64,000 bases of DNA from Solirubrobacteraceae bacterium (GTDB lineage Bacteria; Actinomycetota; Thermoleophilia; Solirubrobacterales; Solirubrobacteraceae). The translations under genes were made by a program, and so were the position numbers. Positions 1 to 12,363 of this stretch are shown one piece after another (positions within the stretch are counted from its first letter, which is position 1; every line of letters begins with the position of its first letter). The stretch is taken from the NCBI GenBank assembly GCA_035524415.1, contig DATKOY010000178.1, positions 7,204 through 71,203 of the forward strand. The letters are read 5' to 3'. The notes below the pieces were generated by a model. It ran no database searches. It was not told the origin of the DNA and worked only from the letters and a program-made list of their open reading frames with translations.

Positions 1-131
1 GCACCGCATCCTATCCCGCCGACGGCGAGACGATCGATGACCTTCTGCGGGTCGCCGACGCACACCTGTACGAGCAGCGCGGCATCGAGATCCGCGAGGG
101 CGTCGCGACGGGGATGCCCGCCCCCCGCTGA
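1..131 (+). CDS. C-terminal end of a GGDEF (diguanylate cyclase) domain protein, partial
   Basis: Frame 3 reads TASYPADGETIDDLLRVADAHLYEQR..., the typical GGDEF tail (YP.DG.T...LL..AD..LY); stop TGA at 129-131. Confidence 0.7.
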   Translation, partial: TASYPADGETIDDLLRVADAHLYEQRGIEIREGVATGMPAPR

Positions 132-143
132 TCCACCGCCGGC

Positions 144-1202
144 CTACCCGCGGGCGAGCGCGTCCTTGATCTGCTCGATCGCGTAGATCGTTACCGGATC
201 GACCCCGCGCAGGGCCGCGAGGTAGATCGAGACGAGGTCGCCGAGCAGCACGAGCGAGACGAGGCGCTCCATCCGGGTCACGCCGACCGTGTCGACCCTG
301 TAGGTCGCCATCCCGCGACTCGCCGCCCAGCCGCGCGTCAGCTCGATCCGCTGGCGGATCCGGGGATGCAGATCGGAGTCGTCGAGGAACACCGCGCTGA
401 ACGGACCGAGATCCTCGGGCCCCTCCCATGCGCAGATCTCGTTGTGATCGAGCTCGGGCAGCTCGTTGGCGAACGACGGCAGCTTCGCGTTCTCGTTGAT
501 CTGGGTCTTCCAGCGGTAGCCGATCGGCGACGTCAGCCCGGCGCCGATGATCAGCGGGACGGTGCCGATCAGGCCACGGGCGAGCGTCTTGGGCAGGCAG
601 TCCTCGTCGCCATCGGGACCCCACCGGTCGACGAGCGCCTCGGCGTGCGCGGCGGCGACGTCGATCTCCGAGTGCACCCGCTCCCCGGCGCCGCAGATCG
701 CGGCGACCTCGAGCGCCACGACGAGCGAGTACGCGACCGCCGCACGCGGTTGAAACCCGCCCGGCAGCGGGACAACCGGGATCCCATCGGCACGGGCAGC
801 CTCGGCAAGCTTGCCGCCGGTCGTTGCGACGATCCGGCGGGCGCCGAGCGCGCCGGCCGCGTCATACACCGCCAGCGCCTCCTCCGTCCCGCCCGAATAG
901 CTCGCGCACAGCACGGTCGTGTCGGGAGTCGTCCAGGCCGGCAGCTCGTAATCGCGCGCCATCACGATCGGGCGCGACGCGCGGTCGCCGAGCACGGCAC
1001 GCGCGAGCCCACCCCCGATGGCGGAGCCGCCCATGGCCGCAACGACAAGCCCGCCGGGGGAATCGCGCGGCTCGATGTTGGCCGACTCGGCGCGCCAGAG
1101 TGCGTCGCGCAGCTGGTCGGGAAGGCCGAGCACCTCCTGCACCTGATTCGTGGTGTCGACCGCCGCGATCGTCTCGCGGTTGAGGGTGAGAGTCTGGCTC
1201 AA
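144..1202 (-). CDS. Bifunctional phosphoglucose/phosphomannose isomerase (SIS fold)
   Basis: MGGSAIGG, SYSGGTEE, QPRAA, RWKTQINENAK, ELDHNEI motifs. Confidence 0.9.
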   Translation of the reverse strand: MSQTLTLNRETIAAVDTTNQVQEVLGLPDQLRDALWRAESANIEPRDSPGGLVVAAMGGSAIGGGLARAVLGDRASRPIVMARDYELPAWTTPDTTVLCASYSGGTEEALAVYDAAGALGARRIVATTGGKLAEAARADGIPVVPLPGGFQPRAAVAYSLVVALEVAAICGAGERVHSEIDVAAAHAEALVDRWGPDGDEDCLPKTLARGLIGTVPLIIGAGLTSPIGYRWKTQINENAKLPSFANELPELDHNEICAWEGPEDLGPFSAVFLDDSDLHPRIRQRIELTRGWAASRGMATYRVDTVGVTRMERLVSLVLLGDLVSIYLAALRGVDPVTIYAIEQIKDALARG

Positions 1203-2305
1203 AACTTGATCGCTCCGTCGGGCAGCTGTACGCCGGGGAAGATACGCGCGCCGGCAGCGAGGACGTTGTCAGACCCGATCGTGACGTCCTCCCCGAGGAC
1301 GACCCTGCCACCGATGTGGCAGCGCTCGCCGATCGAGGCGCCGGGCCCGATGATCGCCGAGGACACGGTGCTGTGAGCGCCGACGCGCGCCCCGTCGAGC
1401 AGCACGGAGCTTTCGACGTGCGCGCCCGCGCCGACCGTGACGCCGCGGCCGACGACGGTCCGCCCGCCGACGATCGCGCGCACGCCGACAACGCTGTCGG
1501 GGCCGACCAGCGCCGGAGCGACGACGCGCCCGTCGATTCGCGCGCTCTCGGAGACGGCCAGGCCGGCCTGGCCGAGCTGGCTCCCGGCCTCGGTGCTCAC
1601 GTTCCGTTCGAGGATGTCGAACGTCGCCTGCAGGTAGCGCTCCGGCGTCCCGATGTCCAGCCAGTAGCCGCTTGACTCATACCCGAAGAGCCCGTGTCCA
1701 ACCAGCCGCGGGAACACCTCGCGCTCGATCGAGACGGTCGAGCCGGCCGGCGGCATCGTGTCGAGCACGTCGCGCTCGAGGATGTAGGCGCCCGCGTTGA
1801 CGAGGTTCGTGTCGATCTCCTGGTCCGGCCCGGGTTTCTCGACAAACTCGCGCACAGAGCAGTCGTCGTTACGGCGCACGAGGCCGTACGCCGACGGGTC
1901 CTCGACCCCGATCAGTGCCAGCGTGGCCCGGGCCCCGGTGCGTTCGTGCTGCTCGAGCTGGGCCGTCAGGTCCATGTCGGTCAGCACGTCGCCGTTGAGC
2001 ATGAAGAAGCGCTCGTCGAGCAACTCCTCGGCGAACTTCAGCGCGCCGCCGGTGCCGAGCGGCTTACGCTCCTCGAGGTAGCGCAGCCGGATGCCGAGAC
2101 GTGAGCCGTCGCCCATCACCCGTCGTACGCCATCGGCCATGAACCCGCACGAGAGGATCACGTCATCGACGCCATGGCTGTGGAGCCATTCGAGCATGTA
2201 CGACACGAACGGGCGGTCGACCAGCGGTACGACCGGCTTGGGCATCGTCGAGGTCAGCGGGCGCAGGCGGGTGCCCTCCCCGCCCGCGAGGATCAGGGCT
2301 TGCAT
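1199..2305 (-). CDS. Mannose-1-phosphate guanylyltransferase / NDP-sugar pyrophosphorylase with C-terminal hexapeptide domain
   Basis: Start re-called at MQALILAGGEGTRLRPLT; PKP, FVEKP, YWLDIGTPE motifs; LbH repeats. Confidence 0.9.
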   Translation of the reverse strand: MQALILAGGEGTRLRPLTSTMPKPVVPLVDRPFVSYMLEWLHSHGVDDVILSCGFMADGVRRVMGDGSRLGIRLRYLEERKPLGTGGALKFAEELLDERFFMLNGDVLTDMDLTAQLEQHERTGARATLALIGVEDPSAYGLVRRNDDCSVREFVEKPGPDQEIDTNLVNAGAYILERDVLDTMPPAGSTVSIEREVFPRLVGHGLFGYESSGYWLDIGTPERYLQATFDILERNVSTEAGSQLGQAGLAVSESARIDGRVVAPALVGPDSVVGVRAIVGGRTVVGRGVTVGAGAHVESSVLLDGARVGAHSTVSSAIIGPGASIGERCHIGGRVVLGEDVTIGSDNVLAAGARIFPGVQLPDGAIKF

Positions 2306-2312
2306 GCCGTCG

Positions 2313-5030
2313 TTACCGTCCGATGCCCTCGTAGGTGAGGCCGGCCTCGCGGACCGAGGCGGAGTCGACGAAGTTGCGCCCGTCGACGACGAGCCGACCG
2401 CGCATCGCGCCGGCGACCTCACCCCAGTCGAGCTCGGCGAACTCGGGCCACTCGGTCACGATGATGCAGGCGTCGGCGCCGCTCACCGCCTCGAGCGAGG
2501 AGTCGGCGAACTCCACCCCGACCATCAGCTTGCGCGCCTCGGCTTCGGCGATCGGGTCGTACGCCCGTACGTGCGCGCCGTCGGCCTGCAGCCGCGCGGC
2601 GAGCACGAGCGACGATGCCTCCCGCATGTCGTCGGTGTTTGCCTTGAACGCCAACCCCAGCAGGCCTACACGCTTGCCGACGAGCGAGCCGAGGTGCTTC
2701 TGCAGCTTGCCGATCACGCGGCGCTTCTGCAGCTCGTTGACCTCGATCACCGCCGTCAGCAGCTGGAAGTGGTAGCCGGAGTTGCCCGCGAGCTGCTTGA
2801 GCGCCGAGACGTCTTTTGGGAAACAGTTCGAAGCCGTCAGCCCACCAGTCGCGACGACGGTGTGGGCGTACACGACCTCCATCGAGTAGACGCTGCCGGA
2901 GTACGGGTGGCGCTCGGTCGAGGTCACACGGGCCCATGCCGGTCCATCGCCGAGGCGCCTGTAGCCCGTCGGCGCGATCCGCTTGCGCTGGCGGCCGATT
3001 GATGCGAGCACGCCTGGCCGGTCGCGCTCCGGGACGAGCCGGATCGCGCGCTCGACCTGGTCCGCGCCGGCGATCCGAATCCCGTACGTCTCCGCGGTCG
3101 ACATTGGTGTCCGTCCAACTCGTTGCGACGCCACCACGCCGAGATCGCCGAGCAGCCGCAGGACGCCGTCAGCCAGCTCACGGCTGATCGTTCCATACTC
3201 GATGACGACGCTGGGCCCGCCGTTCACCAGCGACCACGACCGGTCGCCCTCGAACAGCGCCGACAGCAGCGCCCACTTCGCCGGATCCGGCTGATCCCAG
3301 ATGAGGTCCGGCAGGCGTTGCTCGTGGCACGTGCGGCCGAGACCGAGGACCTGGGTCCACCACGTCGCGAGCAGTCGCGAGCGAACGACTACCTGTCTCG
3401 CGGTTGGGGTCGTGTACACGCTCGCTCGAACGTTCTGCCGCAACCAGTAGGCCACCACCTCATCGACGAGGTGCTCCTCACGCGTCGGATGCAACGTCCA
3501 GGCCAACGTCCCATGAGTGCGCTCGATTGACGTGTGTCCCTCGGCCAGGTACAGCCCGACGACCCGCCAGAGTGACTCATCGACCGTCACCTCGCTGCGA
3601 GGCTGGTTGCCGTTCTTCGTCGTGCTGATCGTCGATCCCTCGACCGGGATCCCGGCGAGCGCCAACTCGTCCCAGCGCATCGTCCCGGTCCGCTTCACCT
3701 CGCCCGTCCGCGACCCCACAGAGCTCGACCGCGCGAACACGCGCCGTCGCTCCTCGAGCGGCCACCGCACGAGCTCGTCGACGCGCTCCCGGCTTGGGCG
3801 CACGATCAGCTGCTCTGGCGCCAGCTCCGCGGCGTCGACCGCGGACATCAGCGACGCGACCTTCGTTCCCTCCCACTCCTCGCCGCGACCCATGGCGAGC
3901 GGAACCCAGTCCTCCTGGGTCAGATCGCACGCGAGCTTGAATTGCGGATCGCCGCCGCAACCATCGCCGACAATCCAGCCGTGGTCCGGGGTGCATCGCA
4001 CGCGACGGCCCATCTTGGTGCGCAGTTCAACAAGCTCGCCGTCGTATTCGCGGCGCGTGACGCACATCACCGGCAGGAACTGGGGCTCCTCGCCGCCCGG
4101 GACCCACGACAGCACCTCGAGGTTGTGCGGCTCGATCACACCGGGCTCGTACTCGTCGTGCTCGTGCTCGAGCCGCTGCCACAGCTGCTCGAAGCTCATC
4201 AGCGTGGTCCGGCCTGTCCGCCGGACAAGAAGGGTCTCCTCTGGCGCGAAGCATGAGCCACCGAAGCCAATGCCCGGCTTGAGGAAGTGCGTGCCGATCC
4301 GCTGGTCGAGCCCCATCCCGCGGGCCACCTCGAGCACGTCGGCGCCGGTCTCCTCGCACACGTTGGCGATCTCGTTGATGAACGAGATCTTGGTCGCCAG
4401 GAAGGCGTTCGCGGCGAGCTTGATCATCTCGGCGCTCGCGATGTCCGTGCGGACGAGCGGGGCGCCGAGCGGCGCGTACAGCTCGACGACGGCGTCACCG
4501 GCCCAGTCGCCTTCGTCTCCGATGACGACGCGATCGGGCGTGCGGAAGTCCTCGAGTGCGGAGCCCTCCTTGAGGAACTCGGGGCACGAGACGTATGCAA
4601 ACCCCTGCTTGCCGTCGGCGTCGAGCATCCGCCGGATCGCGGCACCGGTGCCGACCGGCACCGTCGATTTCATCACGAGCGCATGCGCGCCCGAGTCCGG
4701 CATCGCGTCGACGACGGCGTGCACCGCCGAGAGATCGGCGTCGCCCGAGTAGGTCGGCGGCGTCCCGACGGCGACGAACAGCAGCCGCGCCGCCTCGAGC
4801 GCCGGACCCAGCTCGGTCGAGAAGTGCAGCAGCTCACGATGGGCCACGATCGAGTCGGCGAGCCCGGGCTCGTAGATCGGCACCTCGCCGCGACGCAGCA
4901 TCGCGATCTTCTCGGCGTCGATGTCGACGCACCAGACCTCGTTGCCGAGTTCGGCAAATCCCACGGCGGTGACGAGACCGACATATCCGGTCCCGATCAC
5001 GGCGATCGGTTCGCGCGTCGAGGGGCTCAT
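2313..5030 (-). CDS. ugd: UDP-glucose/GDP-mannose dehydrogenase family protein, intein-containing
   Basis: IGTGYVG, CPEFLKEG, KLAANAFLATKISFINEI, GFGGS|...|CFPKD, GLAFKANTDDMRE; 905 aa because of the intein. Confidence 0.93.
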   Translation of the reverse strand: MSPSTREPIAVIGTGYVGLVTAVGFAELGNEVWCVDIDAEKIAMLRRGEVPIYEPGLADSIVAHRELLHFSTELGPALEAARLLFVAVGTPPTYSGDADLSAVHAVVDAMPDSGAHALVMKSTVPVGTGAAIRRMLDADGKQGFAYVSCPEFLKEGSALEDFRTPDRVVIGDEGDWAGDAVVELYAPLGAPLVRTDIASAEMIKLAANAFLATKISFINEIANVCEETGADVLEVARGMGLDQRIGTHFLKPGIGFGGSCFAPEETLLVRRTGRTTLMSFEQLWQRLEHEHDEYEPGVIEPHNLEVLSWVPGGEEPQFLPVMCVTRREYDGELVELRTKMGRRVRCTPDHGWIVGDGCGGDPQFKLACDLTQEDWVPLAMGRGEEWEGTKVASLMSAVDAAELAPEQLIVRPSRERVDELVRWPLEERRRVFARSSSVGSRTGEVKRTGTMRWDELALAGIPVEGSTISTTKNGNQPRSEVTVDESLWRVVGLYLAEGHTSIERTHGTLAWTLHPTREEHLVDEVVAYWLRQNVRASVYTTPTARQVVVRSRLLATWWTQVLGLGRTCHEQRLPDLIWDQPDPAKWALLSALFEGDRSWSLVNGGPSVVIEYGTISRELADGVLRLLGDLGVVASQRVGRTPMSTAETYGIRIAGADQVERAIRLVPERDRPGVLASIGRQRKRIAPTGYRRLGDGPAWARVTSTERHPYSGSVYSMEVVYAHTVVATGGLTASNCFPKDVSALKQLAGNSGYHFQLLTAVIEVNELQKRRVIGKLQKHLGSLVGKRVGLLGLAFKANTDDMREASSLVLAARLQADGAHVRAYDPIAEAEARKLMVGVEFADSSLEAVSGADACIIVTEWPEFAELDWGEVAGAMRGRLVVDGRNFVDSASVREAGLTYEGIGR
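2826..4253 (-). mobile_element. Intein (476 aa) with LAGLIDADG homing endonuclease domain
   Basis: Interrupts GFGGS/CFPKD; begins CFAPEET, block B CTPDH, motifs VVGLYLAEG and LLSALFEGD, ends ..VYSMEV..TASN followed by Cys+1. Confidence 0.95.
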
Positions 5031-5075
5031 CGAACAGACCAGGCTAGCGGGACATGACCGAACAGCGCGCCGCTG

Positions 5076-6587
5076 TCACCGCGCGAGCGTCAGCGAGGCC
5101 GCGATCCCCAGCATCTGCTGGTTGGAGAGATCGAGACTGAGCGTGTTGGAAACCCAGTAGACGCCGTGCGGCGTGCGCCACGCGACGAGCCTCAACTTGC
5201 CGCCGTCGAAATGCAGCTCGAGCCGCTTGCCGGCGATCACTCGGATCTCGGACGGGCTCGACAGGATCGGCGCCTCGCGCCAGGTCGTTCCCTGCACCCC
5301 GTAGAACTGGCCGAGCGTCGCGTTGTACGCGAGCACGAGGCGGTAGGACGCGTGCGGCCGGCCCCGTGGGTCGCGCAGCTCGTAGGCGCGGGGGTATTCG
5401 CCCGCGGCCGGGCCTTCGTACGTCGTCCCGGACGCGATCATCCGCGGCACGTACACCGGCAGGCTGCTGCGCATCGCGGCCGCCTGCGCCTTGCCGTCGG
5501 TGGGGTCGGATTCGAGCCCGGCAGTCGGGGCGCGCGCCGAGCGCGCACTGTGCGGCCTGCCGGCCGCGCCGGCGCTCGAGGCGCTCGAGGCGCTCGATGG
5601 GGCCGGCGCCGTCTTGATGACCCTCATGAACGACCTGTAGGCGGCCGCCTCGGCCTGCGGCGTCGCGGTGACGTAACACGGTGCCGGCGGGTTGCAGGGC
5701 AACAGGATTGCCGGGAAATGCACCTCCCGAATCGCGTGGCCGTCCGCGAACGCGACGAGGTTGAACAGGTTGATGAGACCGTCGACCGAGTGCAGGTTGG
5801 CGTCAGTCTGCGTGTAGCGCCCGAAGATCTTCAGGAGCTTGTCCCGGTCCTCGATCAGCCGCGTCTGACCGTATTGGTTCTTGGCATCGCGGATGAAGTC
5901 CTGCTGGCGGGCCGAGCGCACGATGTCGGTGTCGGTGTGCCGGTAGCGGACGTACGCGAGCGCGGCGTCGTCGCACAGCTTCTGGTAGCCGGCCTGAATG
6001 TCGATGTTCGAGTAGTTCGTCGCCTCCGTCCCGAGGTTCAGGTTGTAGTAGCGGCGGTCGACGTCGGTGTAGACGCACCCGATCGCGTCGACGAGCTTCT
6101 TGAAGCCGAGGAAGTTGATGTCGACGATGTGGTTGACCTTCAGCTGCGAGAAGACGTCGTGCTGAAGCGTCTTGATCACGAGGTTCGGCCCGCCGAGCGG
6201 GTAGGAGGCGTTGATCTTTGCGGTCTGGGCGAAGCCCGTCGGCAGCGGAATATTGACCTGCAAATCGCGCGGAACCGAGATCACATTGATCGTGTCCGAG
6301 TCGCCGTTGATCCGGACGAGCATGATCGTGTCGGAGTTCGCCGCGCTCTGCGGCTCGCCGGCGCGGTGATCGGAGCCGAGGATCAGGATCGTCTGCGGCT
6401 GCCCGGGCTGCGGGACCTGGACCCTCGGATGCACGATCGACGGCGCGGTGAAGTAGCTCGTGATCGTCTTGACCTCGAGCAACCCGGCCACCGCCGTCGC
6501 CGCAGCGGTGCAGGTGACGACGAGCACGCCGGCGAGCGCGAACCGCCACAGCGCCCCACCGCGCGAGCGTGGCAGGAAGAACCTCAC
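5076..6587 (-). CDS. LCP (LytR-CpsA-Psr) family cell-wall glycopolymer ligase
   Basis: N-terminal TM; TILILGSD, SDTIMLVR, SVPRD, KINASY, YVRYRH, RSARQQDF. Confidence 0.9.
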   Translation of the reverse strand: MRFFLPRSRGGALWRFALAGVLVVTCTAAATAVAGLLEVKTITSYFTAPSIVHPRVQVPQPGQPQTILILGSDHRAGEPQSAANSDTIMLVRINGDSDTINVISVPRDLQVNIPLPTGFAQTAKINASYPLGGPNLVIKTLQHDVFSQLKVNHIVDINFLGFKKLVDAIGCVYTDVDRRYYNLNLGTEATNYSNIDIQAGYQKLCDDAALAYVRYRHTDTDIVRSARQQDFIRDAKNQYGQTRLIEDRDKLLKIFGRYTQTDANLHSVDGLINLFNLVAFADGHAIREVHFPAILLPCNPPAPCYVTATPQAEAAAYRSFMRVIKTAPAPSSASSASSAGAAGRPHSARSARAPTAGLESDPTDGKAQAAAMRSSLPVYVPRMIASGTTYEGPAAGEYPRAYELRDPRGRPHASYRLVLAYNATLGQFYGVQGTTWREAPILSSPSEIRVIAGKRLELHFDGGKLRLVAWRTPHGVYWVSNTLSLDLSNQQMLGIAASLTLAR

Positions 6588-7807
6588 GCGAGCCCGCCCT
6601 CGATCGCACGCAGCCCCGGCTCGTCGTCCGGTGGCTCGGACGAGCCACCCTCCAACCAGCCGGATGACATCTGGCCCGCCCCATCAGGCGAGGCTGGATG
6701 CCAAGCGGGCGGCAGCCAGATGGGGACGGCGCGCACGAAATCGGCCAGCGCGCGACGGTACCGGGCCAGCGACGAGATCGACACCCACTCCTCCGGCCCA
6801 TGATGGCCGCCGCCGGCGGGGCCGAACTCGACCGCGAGAATCCCGGCATCGATGAACGCGGCTGCATCGGACGCGCCGTCGCGCCCGACGCTCATCACCT
6901 CGCCGCGCGAGGAGCGCTGGACGGCCTCTCTGAGCGCCCGCACGTACGGATCCGTGCGCGACACCGAGACCGGCGGGTAGATGAACGTCCGGGTCACCTC
7001 GAGCCCTTCAACACCGCGGACCTGCTCGAGGATTGCTTCGGGATCCTGGTTGGGGAGATAGCGGATGTCAACCGCCATCGCGCACAGGTCCGGGACCATG
7101 TTGAGCGCGCGCCCGCCCTCGATCCGTCCGAGGTTGATCGAGGGTCGATCGAACATCTCCGAGGACTCGCGCGCGAACGGCAGCGACTCGATGCTCCTGA
7201 ACGCGTCGATCGCCTTGAGCACGGCGTTGTCGCCGAGCCACGGCGTCGAGCTGTGGGCCGCGCGGCCCTGGACCTCGATCCGCATCGCGAGGACGCCTTT
7301 TGCCTCGACGCCGATGTGCATGTCGGTCGGCTCGCCGGTGATCGCGAAGTCTCCGCGCAGGGCGAGCGGGCCCTGTTTGAGGATCGCGTCGGTCGAGCGC
7401 TCGTCGATCTCCTCGGACTCCTCGTCAGGGACGCAGACGAGGAGCACGTGCACGCGCGACTGACGCTCGACGTCCTTGAGCGCGCACATCATCGCGGCGA
7501 GACCGCCCTTCATGTCATACGCGCCGCGCCCGATCAGCCGGTCGCCGTCGATCACCGGCTCGAACTGCTCAGCGCGACCCGGCACAACATCCAGATGCCC
7601 GTGCAAGATCACGCAAGGGATATCGGGTGCCGCGGCGGCACCGACTTCGGCGAGGAGCACCGGCAGGCCGTTGTGATCGTGACCACGCACTTCGATGTCG
7701 CGGGATTCGAGCCAACCCTTGACGAATCCTGCGGCAGCGATGAGCTCCTCGGCCCGCGAGGTGTCGTACGAAATCAAGCGCTCCGCAAGGATTCGCTCGT
7801 CCAGCAT
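6584..7807 (-). CDS. M20 family metallopeptidase (ArgE/DapE-like)
   Basis: HGHLDVVP, GRGAYDMKGG, DEE, GEPT, HGPEE motifs. Confidence 0.88.
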   Translation of the reverse strand: MLDERILAERLISYDTSRAEELIAAAGFVKGWLESRDIEVRGHDHNGLPVLLAEVGAAAAPDIPCVILHGHLDVVPGRAEQFEPVIDGDRLIGRGAYDMKGGLAAMMCALKDVERQSRVHVLLVCVPDEESEEIDERSTDAILKQGPLALRGDFAITGEPTDMHIGVEAKGVLAMRIEVQGRAAHSSTPWLGDNAVLKAIDAFRSIESLPFARESSEMFDRPSINLGRIEGGRALNMVPDLCAMAVDIRYLPNQDPEAILEQVRGVEGLEVTRTFIYPPVSVSRTDPYVRALREAVQRSSRGEVMSVGRDGASDAAAFIDAGILAVEFGPAGGGHHGPEEWVSISSLARYRRALADFVRAVPIWLPPAWHPASPDGAGQMSSGWLEGGSSEPPDDEPGLRAIEGGLA

Positions 7808-7853
7808 CGTCCTAGAATAGGCCCGGGAGGCAGTCGATCAGCTCAACCGACCG

Positions 7854-8264
7854 TCAGGACTGAGCGATCTGCAGGAAGCGCTCGAGCCGGCGCTTGTCGC
7901 GCTCGGCCACGCGACGGCGCTCGGTATCGTCGCCGGCCGCCTCGAGCTCGCGCTCGGCGCGCTGGAGGCGATCGCGCAGGTCGGCGGCGTCCAGCGCGCT
8001 CGGCGGGTACGCCTCTTCGACGAGCAGCAACGCGCGGTTGTCCGCGACCTGCATGTACCCCTCGGCCTGCGCGAACCGGACGCACTCGGACTCGGTCGTG
8101 TACAGACGCAGCTCCGTCGGATTGAGCATCGCCAGCAGCGGCGCGTGGTGAGCGAGGACGCCGATCGATCCGGTCGCGGTCCGGGTCGAGACCATCTCGA
8201 CCTCGTCGTTGAACACCTCACCCTCGGGAGTGAGGACCTCGACCCGGAACTTCGTTCTTGGCAC
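7854..8264 (-). CDS. atpC: ATP synthase F1 epsilon subunit
   Basis: VEVLTPEG, GSIGVLAHHAPL; last gene of atp operon. Confidence 0.93.
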   Translation of the reverse strand: MPRTKFRVEVLTPEGEVFNDEVEMVSTRTATGSIGVLAHHAPLLAMLNPTELRLYTTESECVRFAQAEGYMQVADNRALLLVEEAYPPSALDAADLRDRLQRAERELEAAGDDTERRRVAERDKRRLERFLQIAQS

Positions 8265-8276
8265 CGGAGTCCCGCC

Positions 8277-10692
<2,416 letters not shown>

Positions 10693-10713
10693 CGGCTTGT
10701 GGGGTGGGGGCGG

Positions 10714-12327
10714 CTACGCCGCCTCCCGCCCCTCCTCATGCTGTTGCCCGGGCTGGGTCTCCCGCCCCCGCGGCGCGTCGGCAGTGCCGTCGTCGATCGG
10801 GTGACCCTCCTCGTCGAGGTCATAGCCGAAGTCCTCGGCGTAGGTCTGGACCGCCTTCTCCACCCCGGCCTGGGTCTCGTCGCTCCAATCGCCGTCCGCG
10901 ATCTTCGCCAGCAGCTCGGGCTCGTTGCCACGCACCGACTCGGTCAGACCCGCGAGGAACTTGTCGACCTTGTCGACCGTGATCCGATCGAGATACCCGT
11001 TCGTGGCCGCGTAGATCTGGACGACCTGGTCCTCGACCGGCATCGGGTGGCGCTCGGGCTGGTTGAGCGTCTTCACGAGCCGCTCGCCGCGGGCGAGCGT
11101 GCGCTGGGTCTCGGGGTCGAGCTCTGAGCCGAACTGCGCGAACGCCTCAAGCTCGCGGTACTGCGAGAGCTCGAGCTTCAGCCGGCCGGCCACCTTGCGC
11201 ATCGGGCCGATCTGGGCGTTGCCGCCGACGCGCGACACCGAGATGCCGACGTTGATCGCCGGACGCACGCCCGAGTAGAACAGCTTCGGCTCGAGGAAGA
11301 TCTGGCCGTCGGTGATCGAGATCACGTTCGTCGGGATGTACGCAGAGACGTCGCCGGCCTGCGTCTCGATCACCGGCAGCGCGGTGAGCGAGCCACCGCC
11401 GAGATCGTCGTTGAGCTTCACAGCGCGCTCGAGCAGCCGCGAGTGCAGGTAGAACACGTCGCCCGGATACGCCTCGCGACCAGGCGGTCGGCGCAGCAGC
11501 AGCGACATCTGCCGGTACGCGTATGCGTGCTTGGTCAGATCGTCGTAGATCGCGAGCGCGGCCTTGCCGTTGTAGAGGAAGTACTCGCCCATCGCGCACC
11601 CGGCGTACGGCGCGAGGAACTTGATCGGCGCGGCCTCGTCGGCCGCTGCCATCACGATGATCGTGTTGTCCATCGCGCCGGCCTCCGCGAGCGTGTTCGC
11701 GAGCGCGACGACGGTCGCCTTGCGCTGGCCGATCGCGACGTACACGCAGATCAGGTCACGGTCCTTGTTGTTGATGATCGCGTCGATGCCGATCGCCGTC
11801 TTGCCGGTCTGGCGGTCGCCGATGATCAGCTCGCGTTGGCCCCGGCCGATCGGGATCATCGAGTCGATCGCCTTCAGGCCGGTGAGCATCGGCTCCTTCA
11901 CCGGCTGGCGCTGGACAACGCCCGGCGCCTTGTGCTCGGCGGGCCGCGTCTCGGTCGCGGCGATCTCGCCCTTGCCGTCGAGCGGGTTGCCGAGCGGGTC
12001 GACGATCCGGCCGAGCATCTGCTCGCCGACCGGGATCTCGAGCAGGCGCTTGGTCCGCCTGACCGTGTCGCCCTCGACGATCTTTTCCCACTCGCCGAAC
12101 AGCACGGCACCGACGTTGTCGGACTCGAGGTTGAGCGCGAGGCCGGTCACGTCGTGCGGCAACTCGAGCATCTCGAACGACATGCAGTTCTCGAGCCCGT
12201 GGATGCGGCAGATACCGTCGGCGACGGATAGCACGGTCCCGACCTCGGTGAGGTCGGCGCTCGAGGTGTCGAGTCCTTCGATCCGGCTCTTGAGGATTGA
12301 GGTGATCTCGTCGGGCTTGATCTGCAT
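10714..12327 (-). CDS. atpA: ATP synthase F1 alpha subunit
   Basis: [30 protein letters not shown]. Confidence 0.98.
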   Translation of the reverse strand: MQIKPDEITSILKSRIEGLDTSSADLTEVGTVLSVADGICRIHGLENCMSFEMLELPHDVTGLALNLESDNVGAVLFGEWEKIVEGDTVRRTKRLLEIPVGEQMLGRIVDPLGNPLDGKGEIAATETRPAEHKAPGVVQRQPVKEPMLTGLKAIDSMIPIGRGQRELIIGDRQTGKTAIGIDAIINNKDRDLICVYVAIGQRKATVVALANTLAEAGAMDNTIIVMAAADEAAPIKFLAPYAGCAMGEYFLYNGKAALAIYDDLTKHAYAYRQMSLLLRRPPGREAYPGDVFYLHSRLLERAVKLNDDLGGGSLTALPVIETQAGDVSAYIPTNVISITDGQIFLEPKLFYSGVRPAINVGISVSRVGGNAQIGPMRKVAGRLKLELSQYRELEAFAQFGSELDPETQRTLARGERLVKTLNQPERHPMPVEDQVVQIYAATNGYLDRITVDKVDKFLAGLTESVRGNEPELLAKIADGDWSDETQAGVEKAVQTYAEDFGYDLDEEGHPIDDGTADAPRGRETQPGQQHEEGREAA

Positions 12328-12363
12328 TGAGCTTGCTCCTTGACCGCGCGGCGACCCGGTGGC

